Shown here in pieces: positions 49,294 to 59,189 of a DNA stretch of 64,000 nucleotides. A model generated the notes under the pieces. That model did no database searches and was not told the DNA's origin. It saw only the letters and a list, made by a program, of their open reading frames with translations. Made by a program: the position numbers and the translations under genes. This DNA comes from a virus: IMG/VR virus record IMGVR_UViG_3300018412_000010; one strand, given 5' to 3'. Every line of letters begins with the position of its first letter. The stretch's first letter is position 1.

Positions 49294-49719
49294 CTATATG
49301 TTAAGTTTGTAATATTTATTATTACAACCATGTTCATAAACAAATCCGACTTCTTCATATATCTTTTGCGCCACTGGATTATTGGAAAACAATCTTATGC
49401 AATCTTCGCCGCGCTTTTTTAAGATTTCAGTCATATCGTTGATACATTCTTTCATAAGCATATGACAAATTCCGTTGTTTCTATATTCTTCATCTGTGCA
49501 TACGCCATATATAGTTCTTCCTGCGTATATACACATAGCAACAGGTTTTTCATTATGCAATATTACTAATGCGCCGTCAGCCATATTGAACGGCACGTAT
49601 TGGTGAAATGAATCGTATGTAATTCTGTCCATTTCACATCCATGCTTAATCCGCATATTTTCCACATCATATCTGTTATTTGCACGCTTTACCTGTAGTT
49701 CTTCAATATTTACTTTCAT
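49294..49719 (-). CDS. GNAT acetyltransferase
   Basis: VCTDEEYRNNGI...NPVAQKIYEEVGF. Confidence 0.85.
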   Translation of the reverse strand: MKVNIEELQVKRANNRYDVENMRIKHGCEMDRITYDSFHQYVPFNMADGALVILHNEKPVAMCIYAGRTIYGVCTDEEYRNNGICHMLMKECINDMTEILKKRGEDCIRLFSNNPVAQKIYEEVGFVYEHGCNNKYYKLNI

Positions 49720-49909
49720 TTTAATTTCCTCCCAAATTTTTTATTATAATTCATTTGTTTTACATAATCTAATACTACATCCATCATAATGTATAGTATA
49801 TGATTCACCGTCTTGTGTTTCAAGAATAATTTCTTCGTCATCAACAACTGTGACGTTGGCTATATTCTTATCTTTTAAAACTGAAAATTCATTTGGCATA
49901 ATTCACCAC

Positions 49910-50410
49910 CTAATTCCTTACAATATATCCAAAACAACAATTTGTTTTTAAAACATCTGAAAGCTGTTTGCTATTTGTGTCAAATTTAAAATCTTCAACG
50001 CCCTCAAATACGCTTGTTCTTATATTTTGAAGTTTAAGCCAAATTGCATTATTTTCACCTTCCCAAATAGTGGGTGTAATATCTTCGCATGGTGATTTTC
50101 TTCCGCCTGCCCTTGAACGAATATCTACAACGTCTGCTGTATATTCTATTTCATTAACACCGCCACCAGATTTACCAATAACAAAAAATACTTGAACGCA
50201 ATACCCTTTTGCGATTGCATTAAAAAATTCTTCTTTTCGTTTATCAGATATACCCATAGGAAGTGAATTTGTAGAAAACCATGTTTCGCCTTTTTCCACA
50301 TTAACTAACCCATATTCTTTCATAGTCTGAAACCCATCGAGCGAATCCGTATTGTCACGACCTAACTTTACAAATATTGATACTGGATGTATACCGATAT
50401 ATTTTTTCAT
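49910..50410 (-). CDS. Hypothetical protein
   Basis: 166 aa after cassette promoter. Confidence 0.6.
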   Translation of the reverse strand: MKKYIGIHPVSIFVKLGRDNTDSLDGFQTMKEYGLVNVEKGETWFSTNSLPMGISDKRKEEFFNAIAKGYCVQVFFVIGKSGGGVNEIEYTADVVDIRSRAGGRKSPCEDITPTIWEGENNAIWLKLQNIRTSVFEGVEDFKFDTNSKQLSDVLKTNCCFGYIVRN

Positions 50411-50461
50411 AATTTTACCTTGCCTTTCGTTTATAATAATATGTATTTCTTAACTATATAT

Positions 50462-50514
50462 ATTATATCAAATATAACCCATAAAGTCAAATAAGACCAC
50501 AAAAGTGGTCTTAT
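50462..50514 (-). promoter_or_regulatory. Terminator + sigma-A promoter cassette
   Basis: AAGACCACTTTTGTGGTCTT then TTGACT-17-TATAAT. Confidence 0.75.
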
Positions 50515-50639
50515 TATTTAATGTCTTATTAAAAGCCACCACCAACCGAATTTATGAAATCCTTGAATATCAACATATACGGCTAATGACACTGTAGCTA
50601 TTAGCAACATGCTGACAAACACTATTCTTAACTTATTCA

Positions 50640-50957
50640 TTATGATTTACCATCCTTACGACAACTTAAGCAATATTTTATAAGACTTTCATACGTCATA
50701 AATGTTTCCCAGCCCATAGGTTTTGCAAAGTGATATTCATCTGAAACTGGATTATGAAATATTATATTAGAACTTGCAACCATTATATCACTAAACAGAT
50801 TTGCTGGCTTATTTTCTTGGTAACATGACCAGTTGCATATATCCCATAACCGTTCTCTGTCGAACGTTTCCACTTCAATATAACCATGCTCTGTTATATC
50901 AAAACCAATTCCTTTGCCATAATAACTAAATGCTACCTTAAGAATTTTTGCTTTCAT
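50640..50957 (-). CDS. Hypothetical protein
   Basis: 105 aa, GGAGG RBS. Confidence 0.6.
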   Translation of the reverse strand: MKAKILKVAFSYYGKGIGFDITEHGYIEVETFDRERLWDICNWSCYQENKPANLFSDIMVASSNIIFHNPVSDEYHFAKPMGWETFMTYESLIKYCLSCRKDGKS

Positions 50958-50971
50958 TTTAAAATCTCCTC

Positions 50972-51265
50972 CTATTTAACTTCAACAAAATCATCCGTTC
51001 TCAATCTTATATGATTACCATTATACATACCATCAAATCCGGTGGAACAATTTTCTTTTCCGAACCACATATTATATGTTTCAAATGATTTCAAAATTTC
51101 CTTCATTTGAACTTCGTCCACGGTAACAACCCCACCTTTGGGAACAGCTAAATGAAATTCATTATGTTTTACACAAAAATCATAAGCGTCACAACCATAG
51201 AAATTTGGTTTTATAACATCGCGGATTGCAACAAGTTTGTAAACTATTGGTAATTTTTCCGACAT
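50972..51265 (-). CDS. Hypothetical protein
   Basis: 97 aa, GGAGG RBS. Confidence 0.6.
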   Translation of the reverse strand: MSEKLPIVYKLVAIRDVIKPNFYGCDAYDFCVKHNEFHLAVPKGGVVTVDEVQMKEILKSFETYNMWFGKENCSTGFDGMYNGNHIRLRTDDFVEVK

Positions 51266-51279
51266 ATTAACACACCTCC

Positions 51280-51477
51280 TTATAATAGGTTAACAGTATA
51301 CTGATTTTCTGCTTCTATAAATCTTCGGTAATAATAGTATATGCCACCATTTATATTAACGAAATAGAAAATTTCACTTCCAATTTTTTCTGTCTTACGT
51401 TCATCTATTTCGTACACGGCATCAATTTTCAACGCACACTCAACACCTTCATTATCAATGCATTTCATTCTTTTCAT
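51280..51477 (-). CDS. Small beta-barrel-like protein, tag YTVNLL
   Basis: KCIDN.G....L.I..VYEI...YYRRF. Confidence 0.65.
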   Translation of the reverse strand: MKRMKCIDNEGVECALKIDAVYEIDERKTEKIGSEIFYFVNINGGIYYYYRRFIEAENQYTVNLL

Positions 51478-51770
51478 AATAAATTTACCTCATATGTTCC
51501 ATATTTTTCAATTCCAGGTTCAGATATAATAAACACATGGTTTTCATCACGAACGATATATAATAATTTTCTTTCATGCGGATGAATTATAGTGTTAATA
51601 ACCCTTCCAATCGTTCCTTCTTCCGGTGAATATCCTTCATAAAATTCTGAAAGTAGGGTTGGAAAATTGTTATTTATAAGTTCTGAATACATACAATAAG
51701 TTCTTCCATTGTGTATCACCTTAACAGAATCACCAATGGCAATATTATTAGTTTTAATTCCCATTTCCAT
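51474..51770 (-). CDS. SH3/KOW-like family A1, tag YEVNLL
   Basis: IGDSVKVI..G..Y..Y. Confidence 0.7.
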   Translation of the reverse strand: MEMGIKTNNIAIGDSVKVIHNGRTYCMYSELINNNFPTLLSEFYEGYSPEEGTIGRVINTIIHPHERKLLYIVRDENHVFIISEPGIEKYGTYEVNLL

Positions 51771-51779
51771 AACAGCTCC

Positions 51780-52835
51780 TTATAGGTATTCTGATAGTCG
51801 TTCAGCCAATAATCTTTTTTTATTATTTGGAACAGAATGTGCTGAACCGCATGATGAGGATTTTTTATTGTCGTCCATCATAGACATCATCAATAATGGA
51901 ATAATATCTTTATTGTTATTTCCCATCATCATAAATTTAAGCATTTCTTTATTAGTTTCATCTTCTATACTATCTAAAAGAAATTCTTCTATTGTATATT
52001 TAGAATTAGTTTTTTCATCTGGAATTGGTGATAAAGGATTCATATTTCCTTTATTATACCTTTCACGAATATTGTCTAATGGATTCTCAGTAGATAATTC
52101 TAATGTAACAGGCTTATCAATTTGTCCCAACGTGGATTTGAAATCACTATAAACTAACCCATCACGTTCAAGTATTGTGCTTAACACCTGTGCGTTTACA
52201 GTTGTGTTCAGAATTTCAACCTTCTTAATGTCATTTAGAATAACACTGGCACCTTGGCAAAATAAATTTAATGAATTATTTATTGATTCAAGTGATTCAG
52301 TTCTTTCATCGCAATCTGGTGATAGGAATATATTTTTATAGTTAGAAATCATACCCATAATCATTGGTATATAATGTGTTATAAATTTTCTAATATCGTT
52401 ATTATCACAAGGATAGTTATTTATAGCTATGTCAAAAATAGAACAACCATTTTCTTTAACACTCGCAAATAACCCGATTATTGTATTATTCGCCGAAGGA
52501 ATATAGTGTGAATAAGACACCGGAAAATGCCCTATTGTATTGTTTAAACATGATTCAAACTTACGTTTAGAGTTTTCTAATTCTTTCTTTTCTTTGCAAT
52601 CACCCATAAGTTTTTCTGGTGATCCAGCAGACGATTCTGTTTTTAATTTGTGGCTATCAATTAGAACATGTTCTAAGAATCTGCACACACCGATTGCAAT
52701 AACACTTAAAACGCCTATGACTATAAAAACTTGTAACACGGTAGTTATCTCCATTAACGCACAGAACAGCATGGTTGCAATAAGTGTTACAACGCCTAAT
52801 AATGCGCCAATACAAAATTTAATTCCATTCTTCAT
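51780..52835 (-). CDS. Two-TM protein with XpaC-like helical domain and Met-rich tail
   Basis: Two N-terminal TMs; RKFITHYIP....MISNY; LKFMMMG...LLMMSMM. Confidence 0.5.
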   Translation of the reverse strand: MKNGIKFCIGALLGVVTLIATMLFCALMEITTVLQVFIVIGVLSVIAIGVCRFLEHVLIDSHKLKTESSAGSPEKLMGDCKEKKELENSKRKFESCLNNTIGHFPVSYSHYIPSANNTIIGLFASVKENGCSIFDIAINNYPCDNNDIRKFITHYIPMIMGMISNYKNIFLSPDCDERTESLESINNSLNLFCQGASVILNDIKKVEILNTTVNAQVLSTILERDGLVYSDFKSTLGQIDKPVTLELSTENPLDNIRERYNKGNMNPLSPIPDEKTNSKYTIEEFLLDSIEDETNKEMLKFMMMGNNNKDIIPLLMMSMMDDNKKSSSCGSAHSVPNNKKRLLAERLSEYL

Positions 52836-53006
52836 TTCTATTACCTCCCAAAGTAATTATTTAATATTATGATACCTTTTGACGCTTTTCTAGCCATTTT
52901 GAAAAATTACGAAAATCTTTCATATGATATTTCATCCAAATAGTATGCATTTGACCTTCATTATAAATATTTCCATTAAATAGATACCAATTCATATTCG
53001 CACCAC

Positions 53007-53306
53007 CTAAATCAATTCTGTTTTATATTCATCAATAACTTTTAAATAATCATCCCAATCAAAAAGATTGATATACCAACAGTGGTCTTGTTTTCCAACA
53101 GGAAACAATTTATATTCTTTGTCGTAATCATCCAGTATAATGCCGTGGGCATTGTGACCGTCGTGCCCACTAATATCTGATTCAAATTCGACAAGAATAA
53201 GTGTTTCACCTATTCCAATAACTTTCCCATTAACGCCTACGAATAAATCATTGTCGTCGTGTGCTTCAATCCCAACCACGGATTGACCAATTTTAATTTC
53301 GTTCAT
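53007..53306 (-). CDS. SH3-like family A2, tag YKTELI
   Basis: LVEFE....GHDGH...GK..HCWY. Confidence 0.7.
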   Translation of the reverse strand: MNEIKIGQSVVGIEAHDDNDLFVGVNGKVIGIGETLILVEFESDISGHDGHNAHGIILDDYDKEYKLFPVGKQDHCWYINLFDWDDYLKVIDEYKTELI

Positions 53307-53356
53307 TTTAATTACCTCCCAAATATGTATTTATTACTTAACCTTAACTTACTTAT

Positions 53357-53416
53357 ATTATATCAAATTTTTATAGAAATGTCAAAAAAAAAAGAACTAC
53401 ATGACGTAGTTCTTTT
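53357..53416 (-). promoter_or_regulatory. Terminator + sigma-A promoter cassette
   Basis: AAGAACTACG..TGTAGTTCTTTT then TTGACA-17-TATAAT. Confidence 0.8.
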
Positions 53417-53432
53417 AAATGTTAAATATTTA

Positions 53433-53993
53433 TTAGTAATTACTTGGCAACGACCATGATTCTATCAATCTTGCCGGTATTTTGTGTTCAGTTACTATAA
53501 TGTTTGGTTCACAATACATGATGTAGTTTTCACCAGTTGCTTCATCAACCATCATTAACCATGTTGCATCAGCAGTTCCAGAAGAATAAAGTCCATTTGG
53601 GTCAGACTGTGGAATTACCACAGAACCTGCATCGCAAGTTCCATTTGGATCGTCAAGATACTTATCTGGATTTGTATACTGTGTTGAATACGGTAATCCA
53701 TAGCCCATACATTCACCAACATATACAAATTTTCCGTTAAGATTTTGGCTATATGTGTAACAGATTAAGCTACTGTCATCCCTTTTTTCGTAGATTTCCT
53801 TAGCCAATTTCTTTTCGTAAAATTCTGTTATGTCCGGCATACCAACTTTGTCATTAGCCTGTGACATTAGTTTTTCTTGGTATTCTTTTTCCTTAGTTGT
53901 GGACGTCGCTTCTTCACTTGGCGCACACCCAGATAGGATAAGCGTTGAAAGAACCATTATTAAAACCAACCAAATACTTATAGCCTTTTTCAT
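53433..53993 (-). CDS. Lipoprotein
   Basis: Lipobox LSGC; C.GYGLPYSTQYTNP, Q.DPNGLY. Confidence 0.75.
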   Translation of the reverse strand: MKKAISIWLVLIMVLSTLILSGCAPSEEATSTTKEKEYQEKLMSQANDKVGMPDITEFYEKKLAKEIYEKRDDSSLICYTYSQNLNGKFVYVGECMGYGLPYSTQYTNPDKYLDDPNGTCDAGSVVIPQSDPNGLYSSGTADATWLMMVDEATGENYIMYCEPNIIVTEHKIPARLIESWSLPSNY

Positions 53994-54007
53994 TTTTTTA
54001 TACCTCC

Positions 54008-54385
54008 CTAATAACTGCCGTTTCTGCAATCTTCCAGAAACGTTCTTAAATCATCGTTTTCAATCTTGCTTTCATCATAATTGGCATACACTGAATTTAC
54101 ATAATCCGCAATTGCTGCCTTTTCCGTATCACTTTCAGCCTTACTCATTTCAAGACGATACTTGGCTAAATCATCCAACTTACCTTCGTTGTATGTTGCT
54201 GTTTGTTTAAATGTCACCCTATCCATGTTGGCTTTCCAGATGTTATACCCAACACCTGCAACAGAACTAATGATGGCTAAAATAATAACTACTATTACAA
54301 TTTTAGTAATAGTTTTTCTACCGGCGTATGACGCATTAGCAAATTCTTGGTCAAACCCCATCTTAAAATCTTTGTCTACTTTCAT
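54008..54385 (-). CDS. Single-TM membrane protein, partner of lipoprotein
   Basis: TM helix residues ~29-48; own promoter 54415-54443. Confidence 0.65.
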   Translation of the reverse strand: MKVDKDFKMGFDQEFANASYAGRKTITKIVIVVIILAIISSVAGVGYNIWKANMDRVTFKQTATYNEGKLDDLAKYRLEMSKAESDTEKAAIADYVNSVYANYDESKIENDDLRTFLEDCRNGSY

Positions 54386-54414
54386 ATTTACCTCCCTTGT
54401 TTTAACTTATTTAT

Positions 54415-54443
54415 ATTATATAAAAAAATAATTAGTGTGTCAA
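54415..54443 (-). promoter_or_regulatory. sigma-A promoter
   Basis: TTGACA-17-TATAAT. Confidence 0.7.
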
Positions 54444-54449
54444 GTCATA

Positions 54450-54869
54450 CTAGTCATCATTTTCATTTTCTTCATCTTCAATCACAGTTCCGTTGAGATA
54501 TTCTGGCATTTCAGTCGGTTCTTTGAATTTGGCACACAACATGCCATTTTCACGGACATATTTGATGCATGACTGTGGAACATATTGTTCGTATTTTCTA
54601 TGGTTAAGTTTTTTAAGTTCTCTGTTAACAAAAAGAATTATCCTAATGCTTCCAGAATAATAAACCAGTGCCGTAAGCCATATCGCAATCTTAATGGTGA
54701 TATTACAATCATACGCTAAACTTACATATAACAGCGGTAGCCATGTGAACAGGTTTGTTCTAGCATTGCTTCTTAAAATAATTAAATTCTGTTTCTTCTT
54801 AAATTCACTTTCTAATTTTTCATATTCATTCCGTTCGGAATCAAAATAGCTTTTGCTTTCATTTTCCAT
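54450..54869 (-). CDS. Membrane protein
   Basis: Two hydrophobic segments, GGAGG RBS. Confidence 0.55.
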   Translation of the reverse strand: MENESKSYFDSERNEYEKLESEFKKKQNLIILRSNARTNLFTWLPLLYVSLAYDCNITIKIAIWLTALVYYSGSIRIILFVNRELKKLNHRKYEQYVPQSCIKYVRENGMLCAKFKEPTEMPEYLNGTVIEDEENENDD

Positions 54870-54913
54870 CTTTTTTACCCTCCTAAATACCGATAAAAGA
54901 ATTTTTTTATTTG

Positions 54914-55213
54914 TTATAACAGTTCGACTTCAAACGACCTTAAATACAACTTAAACCCCCTTTCATCCATAATATACACTTGGTTTTTATATGATAGTAG
55001 GTATAAATTTCTCTGCGCATTTGTTGAATGTGGCGCAATGAATAATATTTTACAAACATACCCATTTTCCGGAAGTGCTTCTTCTGCAAATTTATCAATC
55101 TCGCTTGGAATATTTCTTAATATCCAAGGTGAATTATTTGCATAGGTGTACCCATATTCTGTTATTATAACATGGCTACCAACTCTATACTTGTCATTTA
55201 CTAACTTGCCCAT
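54914..55213 (-). CDS. SH3/KOW-like family A1, tag FEVELL
   Basis: VGSHVII..YG..Y, W..N.P, APH. Confidence 0.7.
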   Translation of the reverse strand: MGKLVNDKYRVGSHVIITEYGYTYANNSPWILRNIPSEIDKFAEEALPENGYVCKILFIAPHSTNAQRNLYLLSYKNQVYIMDERGFKLYLRSFEVELL

Positions 55214-55235
55214 TTTGTGTCACCATCCTAACAAT

Positions 55236-55535
55236 CTAAAGTAATTCAGCTACGTATCCATTAACAATTTCAAAATATTTGAAAAAGTCGTCGATTGCGA
55301 AATACCAACAGCGTCCATTCTTTCCGTAAGGAAATTCTTTGTATGATTGATCATATCCATCCATATCGAATCCCTTATTAGTGTGACCATCGTGCCCATT
55401 AACATTTTCATCAAATTCTACTAAAGCAAGCCTTGCGCCTATGCCTATTACTGTGCCAGCAACACCTTGAGTTTGGTGATTATCTTCGGCGTTTTTTATA
55501 CTATTAACCTTTAATCCAACCTTAAGTTCATCCAT
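55236..55535 (-). CDS. SH3-like family A2, tag YVAELL
   Basis: LVEFDE...GHDGH...GKNGRCWY. Confidence 0.7.
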   Translation of the reverse strand: MDELKVGLKVNSIKNAEDNHQTQGVAGTVIGIGARLALVEFDENVNGHDGHTNKGFDMDGYDQSYKEFPYGKNGRCWYFAIDDFFKYFEIVNGYVAELL

Positions 55536-55580
55536 GTTTTAACCTCCCTAATATTATGTATTATTTTTAACTTTATATAT

Positions 55581-55640
55581 ATTATATCAAAAAAATATAA
55601 CAAAGTCAAGAATAGCCACGTAAACTATATACGTGGCTAT
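55581..55640 (-). promoter_or_regulatory. Hairpin + sigma-A promoter cassette
   Basis: ATAGCCACGTA...TACGTGGCTAT then TTGACT-17-TATAAT. Confidence 0.75.
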
Positions 55641-55643
55641 TTA

Positions 55644-55900
55644 TTATATTAATTCTACATTATATTGGTTATGTTTTTTTACCTTGTATTATGGCATATT
55701 CCAACAATGACCATTCTTGCCCAAGGAATCATATCCCTATGACCTCTTCTTATAGGTTCATCAAATTCAATAGTTAAATACTGCGTTCCATCACTACATG
55801 GTCTTGTGGCTATTATAGTCCCAATTTTATTTATAATATCATTATTATCGTCGTGCGCATATGTCGCGATAACTCTATCTTTAACCTTGAGTTCATTCAT
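55644..55900 (-). pseudogene. Frameshifted family A2 gene; tag YNVELI in shifted frame
   Basis: After ...IEFDEPIRRGH another frame reads GYDSLGKNGHCWNMP*YKVKKHNQYNVELI*. Confidence 0.7.
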
Positions 55901-56181
55901 AATAAATCCACCACATATCCTTTCTTAAAAAGTCTTACTTCTTTTGTATCATTATCCCAACATACGCCACACATCAGTTCATGCGGTTCATCACGTTTTA
56001 CGAACTTCAATACTTTATTGTATCTATACAACTTTTCAAGTCTTATAAAATCGTCTAGTGGCTTACCGCTTCCCCATGTATACCCCATCTTGTGTAGTTT
56101 ATAACATAAGAATTTGGCATCATCAAGTGTTTCAAACCTATATCCTATTTTTTGATTTAGAAAATCATTTAAATACATCAT
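55897..56181 (-). CDS. Family E small protein, tag YVVDLL
   Basis: FET.DDAK.LC..L...GY.W.SG. Confidence 0.7.
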   Translation of the reverse strand: MMYLNDFLNQKIGYRFETLDDAKFLCYKLHKMGYTWGSGKPLDDFIRLEKLYRYNKVLKFVKRDEPHELMCGVCWDNDTKEVRLFKKGYVVDLL

Positions 56182-56489
56182 ACTAACGCCACCTCATAAG
56201 GATTAAATAGTTCGCTGTCGTTAATTGTGGTTTTATATTCGCCGACGCCCACCACTTCCATATTTCTAATTCTTCCACTTGAAGTAAATCCAATATAGTT
56301 CCCACAATTATGTCTTGTTTTTAACCATGCCAAAATATCTCGGTGCATATAATTTTGACCATATGAGGTTGTTATGCCATTGTCTCGTAATAGTTGGCAT
56401 ATTTTAGCACTATTTTCATAACTATGACTTACTATTATCAACGAATCTTTTTTAACCCTAAATGAATCAAGGATGCTTGTTTTATTCAT
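56178..56489 (-). CDS. Family E small protein, tag YEVALV
   Basis: Paralog of 56746 and 57082. Confidence 0.7.
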   Translation of the reverse strand: MNKTSILDSFRVKKDSLIIVSHSYENSAKICQLLRDNGITTSYGQNYMHRDILAWLKTRHNCGNYIGFTSSGRIRNMEVVGVGEYKTTINDSELFNPYEVALV

Positions 56490-56502
56490 AATATACCTCC
56501 TT

Positions 56503-56742
56503 TTAAATTAATTCTACTGCATATGCGTTGTCGTCAATTATATTCTTAGAATAATGATGAACAATACGAAACACACAACCGTATGATTTATCAATTCGGA
56601 ATGAAAATGTATTTTCACGCTGATAATCTATAAATACGCCATGAACAATGCTGTCTTTTAGAATATTTGTGCATACAGATGATAGCCAAGTTTCAGCTTT
56701 AACATGAACTATATCGCCAGGTTTAAATTTCTTCATAAACAC
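56503..56742 (-). CDS. KOW-like small protein, tag YAVELI
   Basis: FKPGDIVHV. Confidence 0.65.
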   Translation of the reverse strand: MFMKKFKPGDIVHVKAETWLSSVCTNILKDSIVHGVFIDYQRENTFSFRIDKSYGCVFRIVHHYSKNIIDDNAYAVELI

Positions 56743-56745
56743 ACC

Positions 56746-57066
56746 TCATATCAAACTTACACAATATTTGTTAAATACTATTTCGGCGTAATTTATTACA
56801 TATTCATATTCATCTTTAATCATAAATGATGTGTTCCATATTCCATTTTTTGTAAATGCAACGCTATTGCCAGATAGTAATCTATCCGTCATCCATTTAA
56901 GTGTGTTTGCAGAATAATAGTTTTCCCCATCTAAGTTTTTTATTTCATTACTGTCCAATATTTTACAGAATGACATTGCATGTTCAAATGTCTCGCATAT
57001 AACAGCGACATCTTCTTTATCAGATGATTTGAATATTGAAATTATTTCATTTTGACTTAAAGACAT
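56746..57066 (-). CDS. Family E small protein, tag YCVSLI
   Basis: VICET.E.A..FC..LD.N.I. Confidence 0.7.
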   Translation of the reverse strand: MSLSQNEIISIFKSSDKEDVAVICETFEHAMSFCKILDSNEIKNLDGENYYSANTLKWMTDRLLSGNSVAFTKNGIWNTSFMIKDEYEYVINYAEIVFNKYCVSLI

Positions 57067-57081
57067 ATATACACCTTCTTC

Positions 57082-57390
57082 CTATATTAGACCTACAACA
57101 TACGGGTTGAATATAGACGAATACGGATATATTTCCAATACATCAATATCGAAATCGTCAAGTGATGCATATACTTCGCCATTAGCGAAAAAATATATTG
57201 GAAATTTTTTACATTGATTATACCAATCAATCATATCATCTTCAACATATGGTTCGTCGCAAATGTCATATATATCATTATTATCTAAAAATTCAGAGAA
57301 CGCGATACATTCTTCTTTAGTATTGCATTCGATAACAACGTAGTTATTTTCTTTATTTTCGAACAATTCGATTATAAGGTCTTTATTCAT
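57082..57390 (-). CDS. Family E small protein, tag YVVGLI
   Basis: IECNTKEE...F...LD.N.I; start revised to MNKDL. Confidence 0.7.
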   Translation of the reverse strand: MNKDLIIELFENKENNYVVIECNTKEECIAFSEFLDNNDIYDICDEPYVEDDMIDWYNQCKKFPIYFFANGEVYASLDDFDIDVLEIYPYSSIFNPYVVGLI

Positions 57391-57404
57391 ACATTCCCCA
57401 CTTT

Positions 57405-57695
57405 CTATATAAGTTCCACACAATATTTCGGTGTGGTTAAATCTTCGTAGAACACAGTTCTTTTACCTGGATTAAGTCTTTCACCATACATACATTTTGG
57501 GTAAGGTTTTACATCGTCAACACAATAAAAAGTTAAATGATGTTTCATAAAAGTTCTTATTGCGCTTTCTACATCGCTGTCTATTTTTCTTTTTTTAACC
57601 AAAAATTTAATATATTTCTTATAATTATCTGGTTCACGAAACATAAGGTCTGTTGGTTCAGAAATCATATATTCCAAAATTTCTTTATCGTTCAT
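57405..57695 (-). CDS. Family D small protein, tag YCVELI
   Basis: MNDKEIL...HLTFY...YEDL. Confidence 0.7.
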   Translation of the reverse strand: MNDKEILEYMISEPTDLMFREPDNYKKYIKFLVKKRKIDSDVESAIRTFMKHHLTFYCVDDVKPYPKCMYGERLNPGKRTVFYEDLTTPKYCVELI

Positions 57696-57706
57696 ATAAC
57701 ACCATC

Positions 57707-58129
57707 CTACAGATTAAGTTTATAGTATTTTTTACCACCATCGTATCCAGACGTCATAATAAATCCGCACTTTTCATAAACATGTTGTGCGATGGGATTC
57801 GATGAATCTAAAAATACGCATGGATATGAATTTTTCTTGATTATTTTTACTGCGTTCTTAACTAGGATATAACTTATATTATTTCCGCGATATTTTTTGT
57901 CGACGCACAAATTATATATGATATTGTTATGTATTGCACATGTGGCTATAACAGTATCATCTACCATAATATTTATAATTGAATCCATGTATGAATTTGG
58001 GTATAAGTCAATACCAAATGAGTTTTTTGCAACCCTATTCATCTGAACAATATGTTTTTTATACATAGACCGCATAGACCGTTCAGTCTTAGCCCTTCTT
58101 ACCTGTAATTCATTTATATCAACTTTCAT
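57707..58129 (-). CDS. GNAT acetyltransferase, paralog of 49294..49719
   Basis: LCVDKKYRGNNI...NPIAQHVYEKCGF. Confidence 0.85.
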   Translation of the reverse strand: MKVDINELQVRRAKTERSMRSMYKKHIVQMNRVAKNSFGIDLYPNSYMDSIINIMVDDTVIATCAIHNNIIYNLCVDKKYRGNNISYILVKNAVKIIKKNSYPCVFLDSSNPIAQHVYEKCGFIMTSGYDGGKKYYKLNL

Positions 58130-58140
58130 AATAAACCTCC

Positions 58141-58497
58141 TTAAATTAAATCAACCGAATAACTATTTTTTGTAAATTTGTAGATAACTTCTGATGATTG
58201 TAGATTTCTTCCAAATGAAAACCTTACAAAATCTCCATGTAATTTTTCAACATCTATAATAACAGCATTATGAACATAATTATATTTTCTTGTAAATTCA
58301 GCATAAACACTTTTATTATATTTGTTATAATAATCATTTACCCATGCTCTTTTGTTGTCGCCAAAAACAATGCCACTATTTATAATTTGGATGTAAAATT
58401 CATCATACGCACGCAAGTCTCCTATAAGTATCTTGGCACGACCATATTCGTCAAACTCCTTAATGTCGTCAATCTTGCAGATATTATTCATAACCAT
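58141..58497 (-). CDS. Family C small protein, tag YSVDLI
   Basis: FY.QII.S..V...NK.AW..DY. Confidence 0.7.
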   Translation of the reverse strand: MVMNNICKIDDIKEFDEYGRAKILIGDLRAYDEFYIQIINSGIVFGDNKRAWVNDYYNKYNKSVYAEFTRKYNYVHNAVIIDVEKLHGDFVRFSFGRNLQSSEVIYKFTKNSYSVDLI

Positions 58498-58507
58498 AGT
58501 TTACACC

Positions 58508-58813
58508 TCATATTAACTCCACATCGTATGTGTGAACCTTTTTTAACCCAGATTGCATTATCAACATTGTATAGCGTCCGGATTTAACAGCACATATAGT
58601 TCCATATTTTTCATAATTTTCATGTGGCGCCATTGCAACTACTATTCCAGTTACAATGACGACATTTTTACGATTATTGTATTCAAGATATTCCAACAAT
58701 AAGTCTGGTGCGTTATTTTCAAACCATTTTGGATATGTTGTAAATTGCTTACCCCTGCTTATAACTTCTACTTCATCGTCAACCTTTAAATTATTTACAA
58801 TATCGGCATTCAC
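58508..58813 (-). CDS. SH3/KOW-like family A1, tag YDVELI
   Basis: V.VI..G..F..Y..W..N.P, APH. Confidence 0.7.
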   Translation of the reverse strand: MNADIVNNLKVDDEVEVISRGKQFTTYPKWFENNAPDLLLEYLEYNNRKNVVIVTGIVVAMAPHENYEKYGTICAVKSGRYTMLIMQSGLKKVHTYDVELI

Positions 58814-58825
58814 ATTATATTCCCC

Positions 58826-59176
58826 CTATATTAAATTTACCGAATATGAATTTGCGAATAGACTATATGCCGGCATACTTGAATTTGTATATAAAGAAAA
58901 AACAAAACGTAAAATTCCTTCGTCTATTTTTTTCACCTTTAGAACAATACAGTGTGATTGGCTATCCATTCTTTTCACATATTCATTTGCTATGCTTGTG
59001 ATGCCTTTACGATAATCTATTCTCCAAGACGCTTTATTTATTGTACTTGCGATACTTTCATCGGAAATAATTTGTTCGTAAAAAGCCTTATAGTTTTCAA
59101 TTGAATTTATATAAAGCACAGCATCGCCATCTTCGTTAAACGTGTCTATCTGATTGATATTGTTAATCTTAATCAT
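58826..59176 (-). CDS. Family C small protein, tag YSVNLI
   Basis: FYEQIIS......NK.SW..DY. Confidence 0.7.
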   Translation of the reverse strand: MIKINNINQIDTFNEDGDAVLYINSIENYKAFYEQIISDESIASTINKASWRIDYRKGITSIANEYVKRMDSQSHCIVLKVKKIDEGILRFVFSLYTNSSMPAYSLFANSYSVNLI

Positions 59177-59189
59177 TTATAACACCATC

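Noticed and set aside
49294-58129. GNAT C-termini YYKLNI and YYKLNL as tag members
   Set aside because: Different register; explained by paralogy and the terminal GNAT strand.
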